A DNA stretch of 64,000 nucleotides from an uncultured virus (IMG/VR IMGVR_UViG_3300047323_000676) (taxonomy: Duplodnaviria; Heunggongvirae; Uroviricota; Caudoviricetes): IMG/VR virus record IMGVR_UViG_3300047323_000676. The stretch is one strand, 5' to 3'. The notes under the pieces were generated by a model. The model was not told where the DNA came from. It made no database searches and was given only the letters and a program-made list of their open reading frames with translations. Below, piece after piece: positions 11,807 through 22,191 of this stretch. A program made the translations under genes and the position numbers. Within the stretch, counting starts at the first letter, position 1, and each line of letters starts with the position of its first letter.

Positions 11807-13510
11807 ATGAATAATCACGAAATAATAAAGAATGAGTTAACTAGAATTATAACTGAAAGAATATATGATGTTTCCATATTAAAAGGAGAATGGGGGATTG
11901 GTAAAACTTTTCTATGGGAAACAGTGAAAAAAGGAATACTGAATAATCCACAGCTAAATAAAAATTACAGTAATGATTCATTTATTTATATATCACTCTT
12001 CGGTTTAAATTCAATTGATGAAGTTAAAAATAAATTAGTTTTTAGAACAGATTCTAAAAAAAAACTATTTGAAACATTTAAAAGTTTAAAAGAGTTAAAA
12101 CTATTAAATGGATTTTTGCCAGTTTCAGCACTAACTATACCAATAGGCTCAATATTTGAATACTTTATAGATAATTCATTAAAGAATAAAATTATTGTTT
12201 TTGATGATATTGAAAGAAAAAATAATAGTTTTGATATTTTATCTTTACTAGGATTGATAAATCAATTAAAAGCTATGGGTAGTCAGTTCTTAATTATGCT
12301 TAATGAAGAGAAAATAGATGATAATGTCGATAAAAATTGGCACTTATTTAAAGAAAAAATTATTGATATAGAATATAGATTAGATAGCAGTGAAAAATAC
12401 TGTTTTGATATTATTATTAACCATCTAAATAAGAAACAATATGATTTATTAACTCAAATTGAAAAAGAAATAATAGAGGCAGCAATTTTAAACTTAAAAA
12501 TAAAGAATATCCGTATAGGCAGTCTAATCTTTAGAAAATCTATAGAAATTTTAAAGGAATTAAAAAGTCTAATAAAAGAAGAAAATAAAGAATTTTTTTT
12601 CTCCATAATACAAAACATCACTAAAATATTTTATTTATATTACACAACAGAAAATAAAATTAATTTTAATGATATTAATAACTTTATTTCAAAATACTCA
12701 ACTTGGGATGATAGACAGCAAATAGAATACTTCAATAAAATTGATAGCCAGTCTTATCCATTATCTGATAATGATAAATTAGTAATAAACAAATTAGAAG
12801 AAATGAATTTTAGTTTAAATAAAAATATTACATTAATAGTATTAGATTATATTAAAAATGGAATTTTACAAAAAGAATTATTAAATAAGTCATTTTCAAA
12901 TATAGCTGCCGAAATAGATTTATTTAATAACGATTTTGAATTAAATGACTTCTTAATGCAATTATACTTTAATGCCAAAATAACAGAGGAAGACATTACG
13001 GAAAGAATTAATATTTTTTTAACTCTACCGTATAAAGACTATGGCTTACTGCATAAACTTTATATAGTCATGCAACAAATAAATTATGAAATAGAAAAAG
13101 TTATATTTAATAAATTGATAGATTTAATGAGAGAAAAAAAATGGGTTCCATCTGAAAAGATATTAAATGAAAATGCCCAATTTAGAATCCATTTTTTGGC
13201 TTATAATAATACTATTAATCCAATTTTAGAAAACTTAACTCTTAAAAAATTAATTAATGAACACCAGTTTAATTCGCATCAAGTAGAAACCATTTTAAAC
13301 TCTTTATCGGAAAATCAATTAAAAGATCTTTTGCTTAAAGAGGAAAATTTAAGAGAAATCTTAAATTTTATAAAATTTATTACGGATAATAAAAATTTAG
13401 CTAAGTTCAATAAAACATTTGATGACATATGTACATACTTTAAAAATTCAAGTAATCCAGATTACTTAAAAATGAAGCGAGTTTTATTATTATTTACCAT
13501 TAATAAATGA
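11807..13510 (+). CDS. KAP-family P-loop NTPase
   Basis: Walker A GEWGIGKT, YISLFG, Walker B IIVFDDIER. Confidence 0.8.
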   Translation: MNNHEIIKNELTRIITERIYDVSILKGEWGIGKTFLWETVKKGILNNPQLNKNYSNDSFIYISLFGLNSIDEVKNKLVFRTDSKKKLFETFKSLKELKLLNGFLPVSALTIPIGSIFEYFIDNSLKNKIIVFDDIERKNNSFDILSLLGLINQLKAMGSQFLIMLNEEKIDDNVDKNWHLFKEKIIDIEYRLDSSEKYCFDIIINHLNKKQYDLLTQIEKEIIEAAILNLKIKNIRIGSLIFRKSIEILKELKSLIKEENKEFFFSIIQNITKIFYLYYTTENKINFNDINNFISKYSTWDDRQQIEYFNKIDSQSYPLSDNDKLVINKLEEMNFSLNKNITLIVLDYIKNGILQKELLNKSFSNIAAEIDLFNNDFELNDFLMQLYFNAKITEEDITERINIFLTLPYKDYGLLHKLYIVMQQINYEIEKVIFNKLIDLMREKKWVPSEKILNENAQFRIHFLAYNNTINPILENLTLKKLINEHQFNSHQVETILNSLSENQLKDLLLKEENLREILNFIKFITDNKNLAKFNKTFDDICTYFKNSSNPDYLKMKRVLLLFTINK

Positions 13511-13520
13511 ATTTGTATTT

Positions 13521-14162
13521 CTATAATTTTATCTTTTTAATTGGTCTTGTGTTATCATTTAATTCTTTACTTAATTCCTTACTTAAATGATAACTATCAA
13601 TAGCCTTATTTCTAGTTTCCTTATTATCAAATTTAGACCAATAAGGACTAGAGGTATAGGTGCTTGGAACTATATATAAAAATGTTTCAAGATTATATGG
13701 CTTCCAATCGGATAAATCACAATCAACTGAAGAATTTACAAATGCTCGATCCATTGTTTTTACATTAGATATATTCCACTTGGATATATCACCATTAAAC
13801 TTAGAACCATAAAATATCCAATCCATATCCAGGACATTAGATACATCCCAATCCGAAATATTCTGATTGAATTTTGCTGAACAAAATAAACCCTGCATAT
13901 TTAATACTTTAGATACATCCCATTGAGAGATGTTCCCATTAAATTGAGATTCGTAAAACATATAAGAAATATTCTCAACTTTAGACATATTCCACTTAGA
14001 AATATCTCCATTAAATGGACTATGTTGAAATAACTCACTCATATCTGTAATTTCTGATACATTAATATGATTTAAATCACATTGACTGCCATTAAGCTCA
14101 ATTTCCTGTTTAATTAAATCTTTCAAATGGTTTTTATCTTTAGCTATAATCTTATTTTTCAT
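13521..14162 (-). CDS. DUF285/BspA-like repeat protein
   Basis: Repeats plus tail LSKELSKEL...KKIKL. Confidence 0.85.
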   Translation of the reverse strand: MKNKIIAKDKNHLKDLIKQEIELNGSQCDLNHINVSEITDMSELFQHSPFNGDISKWNMSKVENISYMFYESQFNGNISQWDVSKVLNMQGLFCSAKFNQNISDWDVSNVLDMDWIFYGSKFNGDISKWNISNVKTMDRAFVNSSVDCDLSDWKPYNLETFLYIVPSTYTSSPYWSKFDNKETRNKAIDSYHLSKELSKELNDNTRPIKKIKL

Positions 14163-14200
14163 ATTAAAAATTTTTTGAATTACTATATTTTACTAAAATA

Positions 14201-14248
14201 AAAATAATTAACAATTATCTATTTAAACCTATTTACATTTTGGAATAT
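14201..14248. repeat. 48-bp duplicated divergent-promoter segment, copy 2
   Basis: 47/48 identical to 11644..11691; contains TTTACA followed 16 nt later by TATAAT. Confidence 0.8.
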
Positions 14249-14301
14249 CTGTATATAATCCGCCTACAAAAAAAATTAACCTATCATAGAAAGGAATTGT
14301 T

Positions 14302-14964
14302 ATGGCATATAATCCAACTATATTTCCAACATTAATTGGTAAAACTTGGGCAGAGGTAGATTTAGGTAGTCAGTCAATTAAAAATTTTCCGAGTATTGAG
14401 GGTCATAACAAACTTTTAGATGCTGAGTTTTGTGATAATTGGGTCAAAAAAATTGCTAATGATAATGGTGCAGATTTTACTTGGGGTGGACATTTTGAAG
14501 ATCGTAAGCACTTATGGAGAGGTTACTATGATAATTCAGAAAAAGTGACACACTTAGGAATTGATTATAATGTACCATCAGGAACACCTGTTGCTGCTCC
14601 TAGAGTTTGCGAAGTAGTTCACTCTTGGGCAGATGCTTCAATAAATAATGGTTGGGGTGGAAGATTAATATTAAAACTTGAAACTCCCTGGGAAGGAGCA
14701 GACTACCTAATATTAGGTCATCTAGCTCATGCAAATTTACCCAAAGAAGGAACTCGTTTTAATTTAGGCGAAATCATTACCGTAACAGGTGAACCACATG
14801 AAAATGGTGGTTGGTTTCCACACTTGCATGTTCAATGTGTTAGCCAAGAATTTTATCAACACCATATTGATAATTTAGAATTATTAGATGGATACTATCT
14901 AAAAGAAGGTAAGCCTTATGACTTAGCACCATCACCTAAATATTTAATAGGAATTGATGAATAA
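14302..14964 (+). CDS. M23-family metallopeptidase
   Basis: HLGIDY (HxxxD), GTPVAAP, HLHVQ (HxH) motifs. Confidence 0.8.
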   Translation: MAYNPTIFPTLIGKTWAEVDLGSQSIKNFPSIEGHNKLLDAEFCDNWVKKIANDNGADFTWGGHFEDRKHLWRGYYDNSEKVTHLGIDYNVPSGTPVAAPRVCEVVHSWADASINNGWGGRLILKLETPWEGADYLILGHLAHANLPKEGTRFNLGEIITVTGEPHENGGWFPHLHVQCVSQEFYQHHIDNLELLDGYYLKEGKPYDLAPSPKYLIGIDE

Positions 14965-14990
14965 AAAAAGCCCTATAAGGGCTTTTTTTT
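14964..14990 (+). terminator. Intrinsic terminator
   Basis: aaaaaagccct-ata-agggctttttttt. Confidence 0.8.
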
Positions 14991-15145
14991 AATACTGTTA
15001 GGCTTGTTTCATAATTCGATTTTCATCGTTTATTTAGGAATTTGCCAGAGTCCCACAAAATGAAATATTTCCTATTTTCTTTTTAGAGTATTATATATAA
15101 ATTAAGAAAAAAGATTACCAATAATTATTGCTTAATAATTTTCCA

Positions 15146-15799
15146 TTAAACATAAATCAAAAAATTAGAACCAATAATATCCGATAAATTTTTATGAAGT
15201 TCAGTCTCAACCAACTCCATAAGCTCTAATAGGTTTGCAGTAGGTATTTTATTTCCTATTGCAAATTTATAGTAATTATTTTCTAAATCTTTATCTAAAG
15301 TTATCAAGATATCAGTATCTAAGCTAATTTTGCCAATAGGATTACCTCCTAACATGCGAATGACAGGAAATAATCGCTTCTCTACACTCATCAACTTGTC
15401 ATTTAAACTTCTTAGTTCACCCGTAATAGCAACTTTTTTGCCTTTTACCCAATTTGTAGAAAAGTCTATTGGTAATTCTTTATTAGGCAAATAAACCTTA
15501 TTAGAAACTTGCTTTAACTCATCAATAAAATCAAAAAGTTCATCTCTATTAATCTTTCGTTCTACTTTTTTGAAATCTTTGAATCCAAAAACTGTGAGAG
15601 ATTTAACTCGTAGAACTCTAAGGTGTTTGGTCATTGAGTCTTCCCAATAGTCAAACACATAATGCTTTTTGTCATGATTGTAGCTAACAGAGTTAAGAAC
15701 AATCCTGACAGTTCTATCTTGCTGCATTGACTCTGAGAAATATGACAGGTCAGCAAGTAAGTTGTTCTTCAGCATATATTGTGTTGAGGACATATACAA
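15146..15799 (-). CDS. BRCT-domain protein
   Basis: C-terminal KGKKVAITG...LGG...TDILI...AI...IP pattern of BRCT. Confidence 0.6.
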   Translation of the reverse strand: MYMSSTQYMLKNNLLADLSYFSESMQQDRTVRIVLNSVSYNHDKKHYVFDYWEDSMTKHLRVLRVKSLTVFGFKDFKKVERKINRDELFDFIDELKQVSNKVYLPNKELPIDFSTNWVKGKKVAITGELRSLNDKLMSVEKRLFPVIRMLGGNPIGKISLDTDILITLDKDLENNYYKFAIGNKIPTANLLELMELVETELHKNLSDIIGSNFLIYV

Positions 15800-15979
15800 T
15801 CTCTATATTAGACTATTTTAGATGAGTTCATTATAGCATATTTGCAAGCAAACTACTATATATCCATACAGTAGTTTTGACTGCTTGCTGACCTAAGAAA
15901 CACTCGTATAGAAGATTATTGTTAGTTAGATAATGCCTTCACTCTAGATAAAAAAGCCAACTATGCTGGCTTCTAGCTT

Positions 15980-16498
15980 TTACACTTTACTTTCTAAATT
16001 GATGATAGTTTTATAACTTGCACTATACTTATTTATTATAGTGAAAATATCTTCTCTATCTTCTTCTTCCTCATAATCATCTTCTAAGGCATCAAGAAGA
16101 GCATGCACTTTGTTTGTTAATTTCCCAATTAATAAACTATTACTTGGTGTCGTTAATGGTAAATTATCAATAGTTATACTATATAAGCCAATCAGATCTT
16201 TTTTTAATTGTTCTACATTATTGGTATGAATTTTTTGAAGAGGTTCAATTTTTTTATCATAACGAGCAAAGGAATTAAAAAAGAAATAAATTATTATAAC
16301 CAAAGGAATAATAATAAATAAAAAGTTTATACCAGAAAAAGCTATGACTAATGCACTAATGAAAACAATCATAACCATGATACCAAGTAAAGCACCACCT
16401 TCAGATTGATAATTCTTTAAACTTTCATAATTTTTATTAGCTTCTGATAACTTGTCATAAAAAATCTTGCTTAATTCATCTATATTAACATTATTCAT
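15980..16498 (-). CDS. Two-TM membrane protein, paralog of 18646..19116
   Basis: FYDKLSEANKNY vs FYNKLDSANQNY; hydrophobic hairpin. Confidence 0.65.
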   Translation of the reverse strand: MNNVNIDELSKIFYDKLSEANKNYESLKNYQSEGGALLGIMVMIVFISALVIAFSGINFLFIIIPLVIIIYFFFNSFARYDKKIEPLQKIHTNNVEQLKKDLIGLYSITIDNLPLTTPSNSLLIGKLTNKVHALLDALEDDYEEEEDREDIFTIINKYSASYKTIINLESKV

Positions 16499-16573
16499 AC
16501 GATATCCTTAAATAAATTTTAGCCAGTATATCACTAATATTTTTTGATATCAATATTTTATTATTTACTGAAT

Positions 16574-17332
16574 TTATAGCTTTAACTTCTTACTAGAGCT
16601 ATTTTGAATTTCTATTTCTGACTGTAATTCCAAATATTGGCAATAACTAAGAATTTTCTTAATATTTGATTTATTTACATATTCAGGCTCATTGTTTAAT
16701 CTATTCAAAAATTCATATGGAGTTTCACCAGCATTATTTTTCTGATTCAAACCTTCAGGGTAATCATTTAATAAAGTTTTCACTTTCTCACAAACCGCAT
16801 TAAATATAGCATCAGTATTTTGTAAATTGGCAACAGCACTAAATAAAGTGTGCCAAATATTATAGCCTATTTGGTCAGTAGCCTTAAGTCCATCTGAATA
16901 TTCATCACTATACTTCTTTGCCCAATCAAATAACTGGAATGTATGATTGTCTATAAGAAAAAACTGTAACCATCCAATAGAATAACTAGTTTCTCTTTTA
17001 CCTGGAATAATGTTAGGATTAATAAAAATATTATTTTTTAAATTAAATTTATTAATAAAGCCTGACTCCTGCTCTTCTTTTTTTATTGCACCAAACTGAA
17101 AATTAGAGAAACTAAAATATAGCAAAGTCTGTATTTTTTTATTATCCTTATCAACAATACATTCAGGATGAGCTACTAATTTTGTAACACTATAATATTT
17201 GGTAACATCATCATATCTCTGTGTCAGCATATGCTCAATTAAAGAAACACCATTTTTACTAATATTAAGATCTCCCCCTTTATTAAGGTAGGCTCTAAGA
17301 GTATAATTTTTATTAAAAGGGGTTCGTTCCAT
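16574..17332 (-). CDS. Ankyrin-like hypothetical protein with conserved tail
   Basis: DQIGYNIWH, NQKNNAGETPY ankyrin-like motifs; ends LELQSEI...KKLKL. Confidence 0.6.
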   Translation of the reverse strand: MERTPFNKNYTLRAYLNKGGDLNISKNGVSLIEHMLTQRYDDVTKYYSVTKLVAHPECIVDKDNKKIQTLLYFSFSNFQFGAIKKEEQESGFINKFNLKNNIFINPNIIPGKRETSYSIGWLQFFLIDNHTFQLFDWAKKYSDEYSDGLKATDQIGYNIWHTLFSAVANLQNTDAIFNAVCEKVKTLLNDYPEGLNQKNNAGETPYEFLNRLNNEPEYVNKSNIKKILSYCQYLELQSEIEIQNSSSKKLKL

Positions 17333-17373
17333 AATATTTATATTTTTCTTTTAATTATAACAACCAAAAAATA

Positions 17374-17401
17374 AAAAACCACTATATGAAAATAGTGGTC
17401 T
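17374..17401 (-). terminator. Intrinsic terminator
   Basis: aaaaaaccactat-atgaaa-atagtggt. Confidence 0.7.
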
Positions 17402-17427
17402 TAAATATCATAATCAGTAAATAATAA

Positions 17428-17982
17428 TTACATCTTCAATACCTTCTTAGGTTGCTCTATTTTTAAAGTCTCTTTCATTTGGTTCAATAACTCTAGTAAA
17501 TGCTCATCCATTTTAACAACTCTGGGAGTTTCTTTAGTATTTAATTTCTCTGCCATTTCTTTTAATCTTTCAGTCTGAGAAATTAACTGATCTATAATGT
17601 GATGCTGTAAATAGTGTTCAATTGAAGTGCAATACTTTGATGACTCATCAATATTATAATTAATTGAAAAACTAATATTAATATCTTGAATAGAACCATT
17701 AGTTCCGACTACTTCATAAACAATACTATCTTTTATTTCTTGTGTCGTATTCTTAGCAGTTTCTTTAAATTCTGAAAATTTATATGAATCAAATTCCTTT
17801 TTTTTCAAACTTTTATTTTCTACAGAATTTTTTGCCCATCTTTCATCAAAACTTACAAAGTGGACTAAATTATCACTTATTTTTTTTATGAAATGCTTGT
17901 CCAAAAATTTAGCAATATCAGTATTTTTCTTTTTTAAATCAACTTGTGTATCAAATTTTAATTGAAAGCTTATTTTGGTCAT
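17428..17982 (-). CDS. Hypothetical protein
   Basis: 184-aa ORF, AAGGA SD, basic tail KKVLKM. Confidence 0.6.
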   Translation of the reverse strand: MTKISFQLKFDTQVDLKKKNTDIAKFLDKHFIKKISDNLVHFVSFDERWAKNSVENKSLKKKEFDSYKFSEFKETAKNTTQEIKDSIVYEVVGTNGSIQDINISFSINYNIDESSKYCTSIEHYLQHHIIDQLISQTERLKEMAEKLNTKETPRVVKMDEHLLELLNQMKETLKIEQPKKVLKM

Positions 17983-18034
17983 TTCTTATCCTTTAGATGT
18001 ATTTTATATAATTATAACATAAAGATAATAAAAT

Positions 18035-18063
18035 AAAAAACCACTATTTTCACATAGTGGTTT
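18035..18063 (-). terminator. Intrinsic terminator with the same stem as 17374..17401
   Basis: aaaaaaccactat-tttcac-atagtggttt. Confidence 0.7.
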
Positions 18064-18080
18064 CATTAAATCTGCTTATA

Positions 18081-18485
18081 TCAATGATGGTGATGATGCC
18101 AACCGTAGTGATGCCCTCTACCATAATAATTTCTTTCTACATATATAGTTGATGGCGCATAGTAGACTGGTGGAGGAGCATAATAAACAGGTTCAGGTCT
18201 AGCTTGGTATACAACAGTTTGTGGTCTATTGTCATAATAAACCTCTCTTTTAGGCTCCCTAACATAAACTACTTCGCGTCTTGAATTTTGGCGTGTAGCT
18301 TCACTTCCAATATATGCTCCAGTCAAACCACCGATAACTGCCCCATGAGTTCCACCAATATGATTTCCTACTGCTGCACCAATAACTCCACCAGCAATAG
18401 TGCTAGCAAATTGTGCATCTTGTGCATAAGAATTTGTGGCAAATAACGATGCAGCTAAAACTAATGATATACTTAATGCCTTCAT
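18081..18485 (-). CDS. Glycine-zipper 2TM / proline-rich exported protein
   Basis: ATG at 18485 with GGAGG SD; signal peptide; GGVIGAAVG...GAVIGGLTGAYIG; PVYYAPPPV repeats. Confidence 0.75.
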   Translation of the reverse strand: MKALSISLVLAASLFATNSYAQDAQFASTIAGGVIGAAVGNHIGGTHGAVIGGLTGAYIGSEATRQNSRREVVYVREPKREVYYDNRPQTVVYQARPEPVYYAPPPVYYAPSTIYVERNYYGRGHHYGWHHHHH

Positions 18486-18582
18486 ATGACCTCCAATTAG
18501 AATATATTTAAACAATAGCAGTATTAAATTTTGATTCAATCTTTTTTTACATATGGAAACATTATTTTCATAATATAACTTT

Positions 18583-18613
18583 TGAACTACCCCGCCTTAA
18601 AAGACGGGGATTC
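18583..18613 (+). mobile_element. Isolated IS200/IS605-type end hairpin (remnant)
   Basis: TGAACTACCCCGCCTTAAAAGACGGGGATTC resembles the GT(C/G)AACTACCCCGCCCT-AAAGG-CGGGGCTT ends of TnpB/IscB elements; no transposase nearby. Confidence 0.5.
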
Positions 18614-18645
18614 TCTGTTTTTAATAGCATAAATAAATCACTATA

Positions 18646-19116
18646 TTATGCACTAATAATCGCTTTAAAATTAGCAGTATAAATATTTACCAAATCTAAA
18701 TCACCTTCTTCATCTTCACAACCATCATCTAGCATATCTTTAAATTCTGCAAGATTGGCCTCTAACTTTTCTGACTTATCAGAAGGCAGATTATTAATTT
18801 TTAAATTATGTAATTCAACTAATTCCTTTTTTAATTCCTCAAGATTTTGCAAATGAACTTGTTCCAAAGGCTTCATCTCCTTTACAACCAAAAACCTTTT
18901 ATAAAAGCAATAAGCACAAATAGCTGCCATAGGAATAACTTTAAAGAAGTTTATTGGATCAGCATCAGTAGAATAAGCTAGGACACCCATTAACATCACA
19001 CCTAAAATAAGTCCAAAAATATCTGCTTTTTTTTCATTATCATCCAAAGCATAGTAATTTTGGTTTGCTGAATCTAATTTATTATAAAAATACTCACTTT
19101 TCTCAGTAATCGTCAT
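18646..19116 (-). CDS. Two-TM membrane protein, paralog of 15980..16498
   Basis: Shared N- and C-terminal motifs; AGGAGG SD. Confidence 0.65.
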   Translation of the reverse strand: MTITEKSEYFYNKLDSANQNYYALDDNEKKADIFGLILGVMLMGVLAYSTDADPINFFKVIPMAAICAYCFYKRFLVVKEMKPLEQVHLQNLEELKKELVELHNLKINNLPSDKSEKLEANLAEFKDMLDDGCEDEEGDLDLVNIYTANFKAIISA

Positions 19117-19244
19117 ATTAACCTCCTAGTTTAAAAATTATCGGAAGTATACCATAAGTTTGACTTATTCTTTCATTTTTTCATAATGTCTTTAGTTACA
19201 TAATTAAGATTGCATCACAATAAACCAAACTTAAAAGGATAATT

Positions 19245-19880
19245 ATGAAAAAATATCTTGTAATATTGTTTTCTTTAACCTGCATAAATGCCTTTGCACA
19301 ACAGCCCCAGCTTGATCCAGAAAAACAAAAAAGAATCCAAGAATTTTTAGCAAAAGAAATAGAAAAAATGCCTGATCCTATTGCTAGGGGTGAAGCAGAA
19401 TATAAAGATCGAATAGCACGCCAAAAAGCTTTGGAAGAACATAAAAAACATATGGAAAGTCCAGAGGTTAAAACGAAGATTGCTCAGATGGATATGTTTC
19501 AAAAAATGTTAAGATATTATAATAGCTTAGAAGGAAAAGCAAAAAATGACTATCATGAAGATATGTTTAAGCATGGTTTCGCTTTTTATGATGAAATGAA
19601 GAAAAAAGCACCAAATAATCCTGGAGTATTAACTCCATCAGGAGATTCTTCTAAATTTATTTTAACTTATACAGATAAATTAGATTATAATTTATCCGAC
19701 TCTCAGATTAACAGCCTTAGTGAGAATTTCTCTCGCATGGTATGTGAAAACCCTCAACTTTTATCTTTACTAGGAACTGATACACCAATTCAAGGTGTAT
19801 TTAATATTAATGGTAAAGTTGTCGGAAAAGTAGATATAAATAAGAAAGATTGCCGTTATATAGATTTTAAAATTAAGTAA
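19245..19880 (+). CDS. Secreted hypothetical protein
   Basis: Signal peptide MKKYLVILFSLTCINAFA. Confidence 0.65.
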   Translation: MKKYLVILFSLTCINAFAQQPQLDPEKQKRIQEFLAKEIEKMPDPIARGEAEYKDRIARQKALEEHKKHMESPEVKTKIAQMDMFQKMLRYYNSLEGKAKNDYHEDMFKHGFAFYDEMKKKAPNNPGVLTPSGDSSKFILTYTDKLDYNLSDSQINSLSENFSRMVCENPQLLSLLGTDTPIQGVFNINGKVVGKVDINKKDCRYIDFKIK

Positions 19881-19887
19881 TAAAAAT

Positions 19888-19910
19888 AAAACCCCATCAT
19901 TGGGGTTTTT
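19888..19910 (+). terminator. Intrinsic terminator
   Basis: aaaacccca-tcat-tggggttttt. Confidence 0.75.
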
Positions 19911-19980
19911 CTTATTAGAGTGTATATGTTTGATTTATTATTTCTTTTTTGTTATTATGCAAACAACTAAGGAATCACAT

Positions 19981-20760
19981 ATGCTAATTCAAGAAAACTT
20001 ACAATATAATACCAAGTTCAACTTCGAATTCTCCAATAATGAATTCAAGATTGTTGACTCTTATTTATTCCTTCTAAATGGGAATATTTGTGTTGTTTCT
20101 TTTGTAGATGGTGAACGATTCGTTAATGCTATTTATAATGAAAAGAAGGAACTAATTTCTTTTGATAACTATGCCAACCATGTCATTACTCTTAACAATA
20201 AAGGTATAGATCGATTTACTTCTTCAATATCAAAAGCATTAAGTGAAGCAGTAAAATCATCACCATTAGACAAAAGGTTAATTGATTTATTTGATTTAAC
20301 TACAGAAGAATTATCTATTGATAGAAACAATCTTCGTTTTTCACTAGAAAAAAACAAAGAATCTGATATAGCCAAAACAATTGAATTCATATCTAGTTAT
20401 GCTAAACAATTTAGTTCTAAAGGTTATTTAAAGTTGAACCTCTTAAAAACTGACAATATATTTTCTTATTGCATATCCAATCATTCAGATAAATCCATCT
20501 GCAAATTTATGTTTAAATTAGAAAGTCTTCCTAATAAAGATACTTTCCATTTAGTGCAGAGAGTAAATTATATACAAGAAGCCAAAGAAATTGACTTCAA
20601 TATTTTAAATAAAGAATTCAGCCAATTAAATAGCACTTCCGAACAGATGCATAAAGATTATAGCACTGAACCAATTAGTTCTTCAGATGCTAATCATTAC
20701 TCAATATTGTCAAAAATTTTTCATAACCGGAATATTATCCCACTTCCATTATCAATTTAA
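19981..20760 (+). CDS. Hypothetical protein
   Basis: Likely start ATG 19981 after AAGGA; the upstream TTG extension overlaps a terminator. Confidence 0.6.
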   Translation: MLIQENLQYNTKFNFEFSNNEFKIVDSYLFLLNGNICVVSFVDGERFVNAIYNEKKELISFDNYANHVITLNNKGIDRFTSSISKALSEAVKSSPLDKRLIDLFDLTTEELSIDRNNLRFSLEKNKESDIAKTIEFISSYAKQFSSKGYLKLNLLKTDNIFSYCISNHSDKSICKFMFKLESLPNKDTFHLVQRVNYIQEAKEIDFNILNKEFSQLNSTSEQMHKDYSTEPISSSDANHYSILSKIFHNRNIIPLPLSI

Positions 20761-20777
20761 TACTATATAATTGAGAG

Positions 20778-22076
20778 ATGAATTATGAAAAAAATCTGTT
20801 TCTCTCAATTAATCAGAATTTGAATAAATATATATTTTATTCAAATAGTAACTCCAATTTTAATTCAATATTAAGTCAGTTTAATAATTTAGGTCAGAAT
20901 TTTTCATCAGTATCATTTATTAATTTTATTAATTCTGATAAAGCTAACCTACTTGTAGAAGAAGAAAATTTAACAAAAATAAAAAGGTTTATGAATTTAC
21001 CTCATTCTGATAGAGATGAGTTCGCCTATAATGATTTATTAGATGATTTGAAAATCAATGAAAATTTTCTACCAAGTAACCCAACAATAATTGAACCAAT
21101 TAGAGATAATCTTCCCTTTAAGTCTTTTGATTCTATCGCAATTGATAAATCATTTATAAAAGATTTTGATAGTTCCACATATAAAGAGATAAGAAAACAG
21201 CTAAATCCTGTTGAAAACTTAATATACTCCTTACAACAAAAAAAAATATTTATACCTGGGATAAATATCATTTTTCACCATAGTAATGAGGAAGATCAGT
21301 TGGGATATAATGGCTACTTCAATAGAGATAAATTATTTGTAAGCTCTGAAAAATTAATATGCTCATCTTTTCATCATGAATACTTTCATGCAATGGATTG
21401 TGAACTTGCTAATATATTAAACTTAAATAGTAAAGATGCAGTTATCACATTCTCAGATATTAATAACTATCAAGGAAATGAATTAAAAGAATTTAGGAAT
21501 TTTTTATCAAGTTGTGATCAAAATAACTCAACACCACAACAAACAAAAGATAACTTAAATCTTTATTTTAAAAAGCATTTTTCTATCCAATTTAATCATC
21601 TTAATCTTGAGGATATTTCAGATAATTTTTTATATAATGAATTAGAAAACTTTAGAGGAGGTATTTATACTAACGGTAAAGGTAATAATAAATTTTCTGA
21701 GCGTGATGAAGTAATTAATGAACTAAGAGAACACATAAGCTACTCTTTAGGAAAAGGTGATAAGCCAGCCAAAACGATATTCTCTTCTTTCTTAAAAGCA
21801 GCAGACTTAAACCAATCCTATGACTACTATATAAAAAATAGTGAAAAATTAGCGAGAATTTATCAATCACAGTTTGAAACTGTAGAAAATTCTAGATATA
21901 AAAAGATCTTCCCAGAAGGCTCAGAGTATAACAAGCTAGTTCCTTCTCTAAACAAAATTATTGAAAAAGAATTCAAACCAATGATACAAAAGAAAACTGC
22001 TTTAAATAATATATCTCAATTGAAGAATAAATTATCTAAAGCAGAACCTCAAATTAATTCTTCTCATACAATTTAA
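20778..22076 (+). CDS. HExxH zincin-like / LPD1-like protein
   Basis: HHEYFHAMD and YYIKNSEKLAR resemble the HEWFHALD...YW..P.E..AR pattern of large polyvalent protein domains. Confidence 0.55.
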   Translation: MNYEKNLFLSINQNLNKYIFYSNSNSNFNSILSQFNNLGQNFSSVSFINFINSDKANLLVEEENLTKIKRFMNLPHSDRDEFAYNDLLDDLKINENFLPSNPTIIEPIRDNLPFKSFDSIAIDKSFIKDFDSSTYKEIRKQLNPVENLIYSLQQKKIFIPGINIIFHHSNEEDQLGYNGYFNRDKLFVSSEKLICSSFHHEYFHAMDCELANILNLNSKDAVITFSDINNYQGNELKEFRNFLSSCDQNNSTPQQTKDNLNLYFKKHFSIQFNHLNLEDISDNFLYNELENFRGGIYTNGKGNNKFSERDEVINELREHISYSLGKGDKPAKTIFSSFLKAADLNQSYDYYIKNSEKLARIYQSQFETVENSRYKKIFPEGSEYNKLVPSLNKIIEKEFKPMIQKKTALNNISQLKNKLSKAEPQINSSHTI

Positions 22077-22180
22077 TTGTTTTTGTTATCAATCCAATTT
22101 AAAAACTGTTGCTTACGAAAATTCCACTTATATTTCCATTGTCTAATTAAGACATATTCCCAACTTCTTTTTTCTCTCAT
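22073..22180 (-). CDS. Small ORF not in the track (35 aa, MREKRSWEYVLIRQWKYKWNFRKQQFLNWIDNKNN)
   Basis: GGAGA SD directly after the stop of 22192..23220. Confidence 0.4.
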   Translation of the reverse strand: MREKRSWEYVLIRQWKYKWNFRKQQFLNWIDNKNN

Positions 22181-22191
22181 TTTTAATCTCC

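Noticed and set aside
5639..14162. Regular ~66-nt periodicity resembling a CRISPR array or DGR repeats
   Set aside because: These are degenerate coding repeats of DUF285. There are no identical repeats with unique spacers, and no cas or reverse transcriptase gene.
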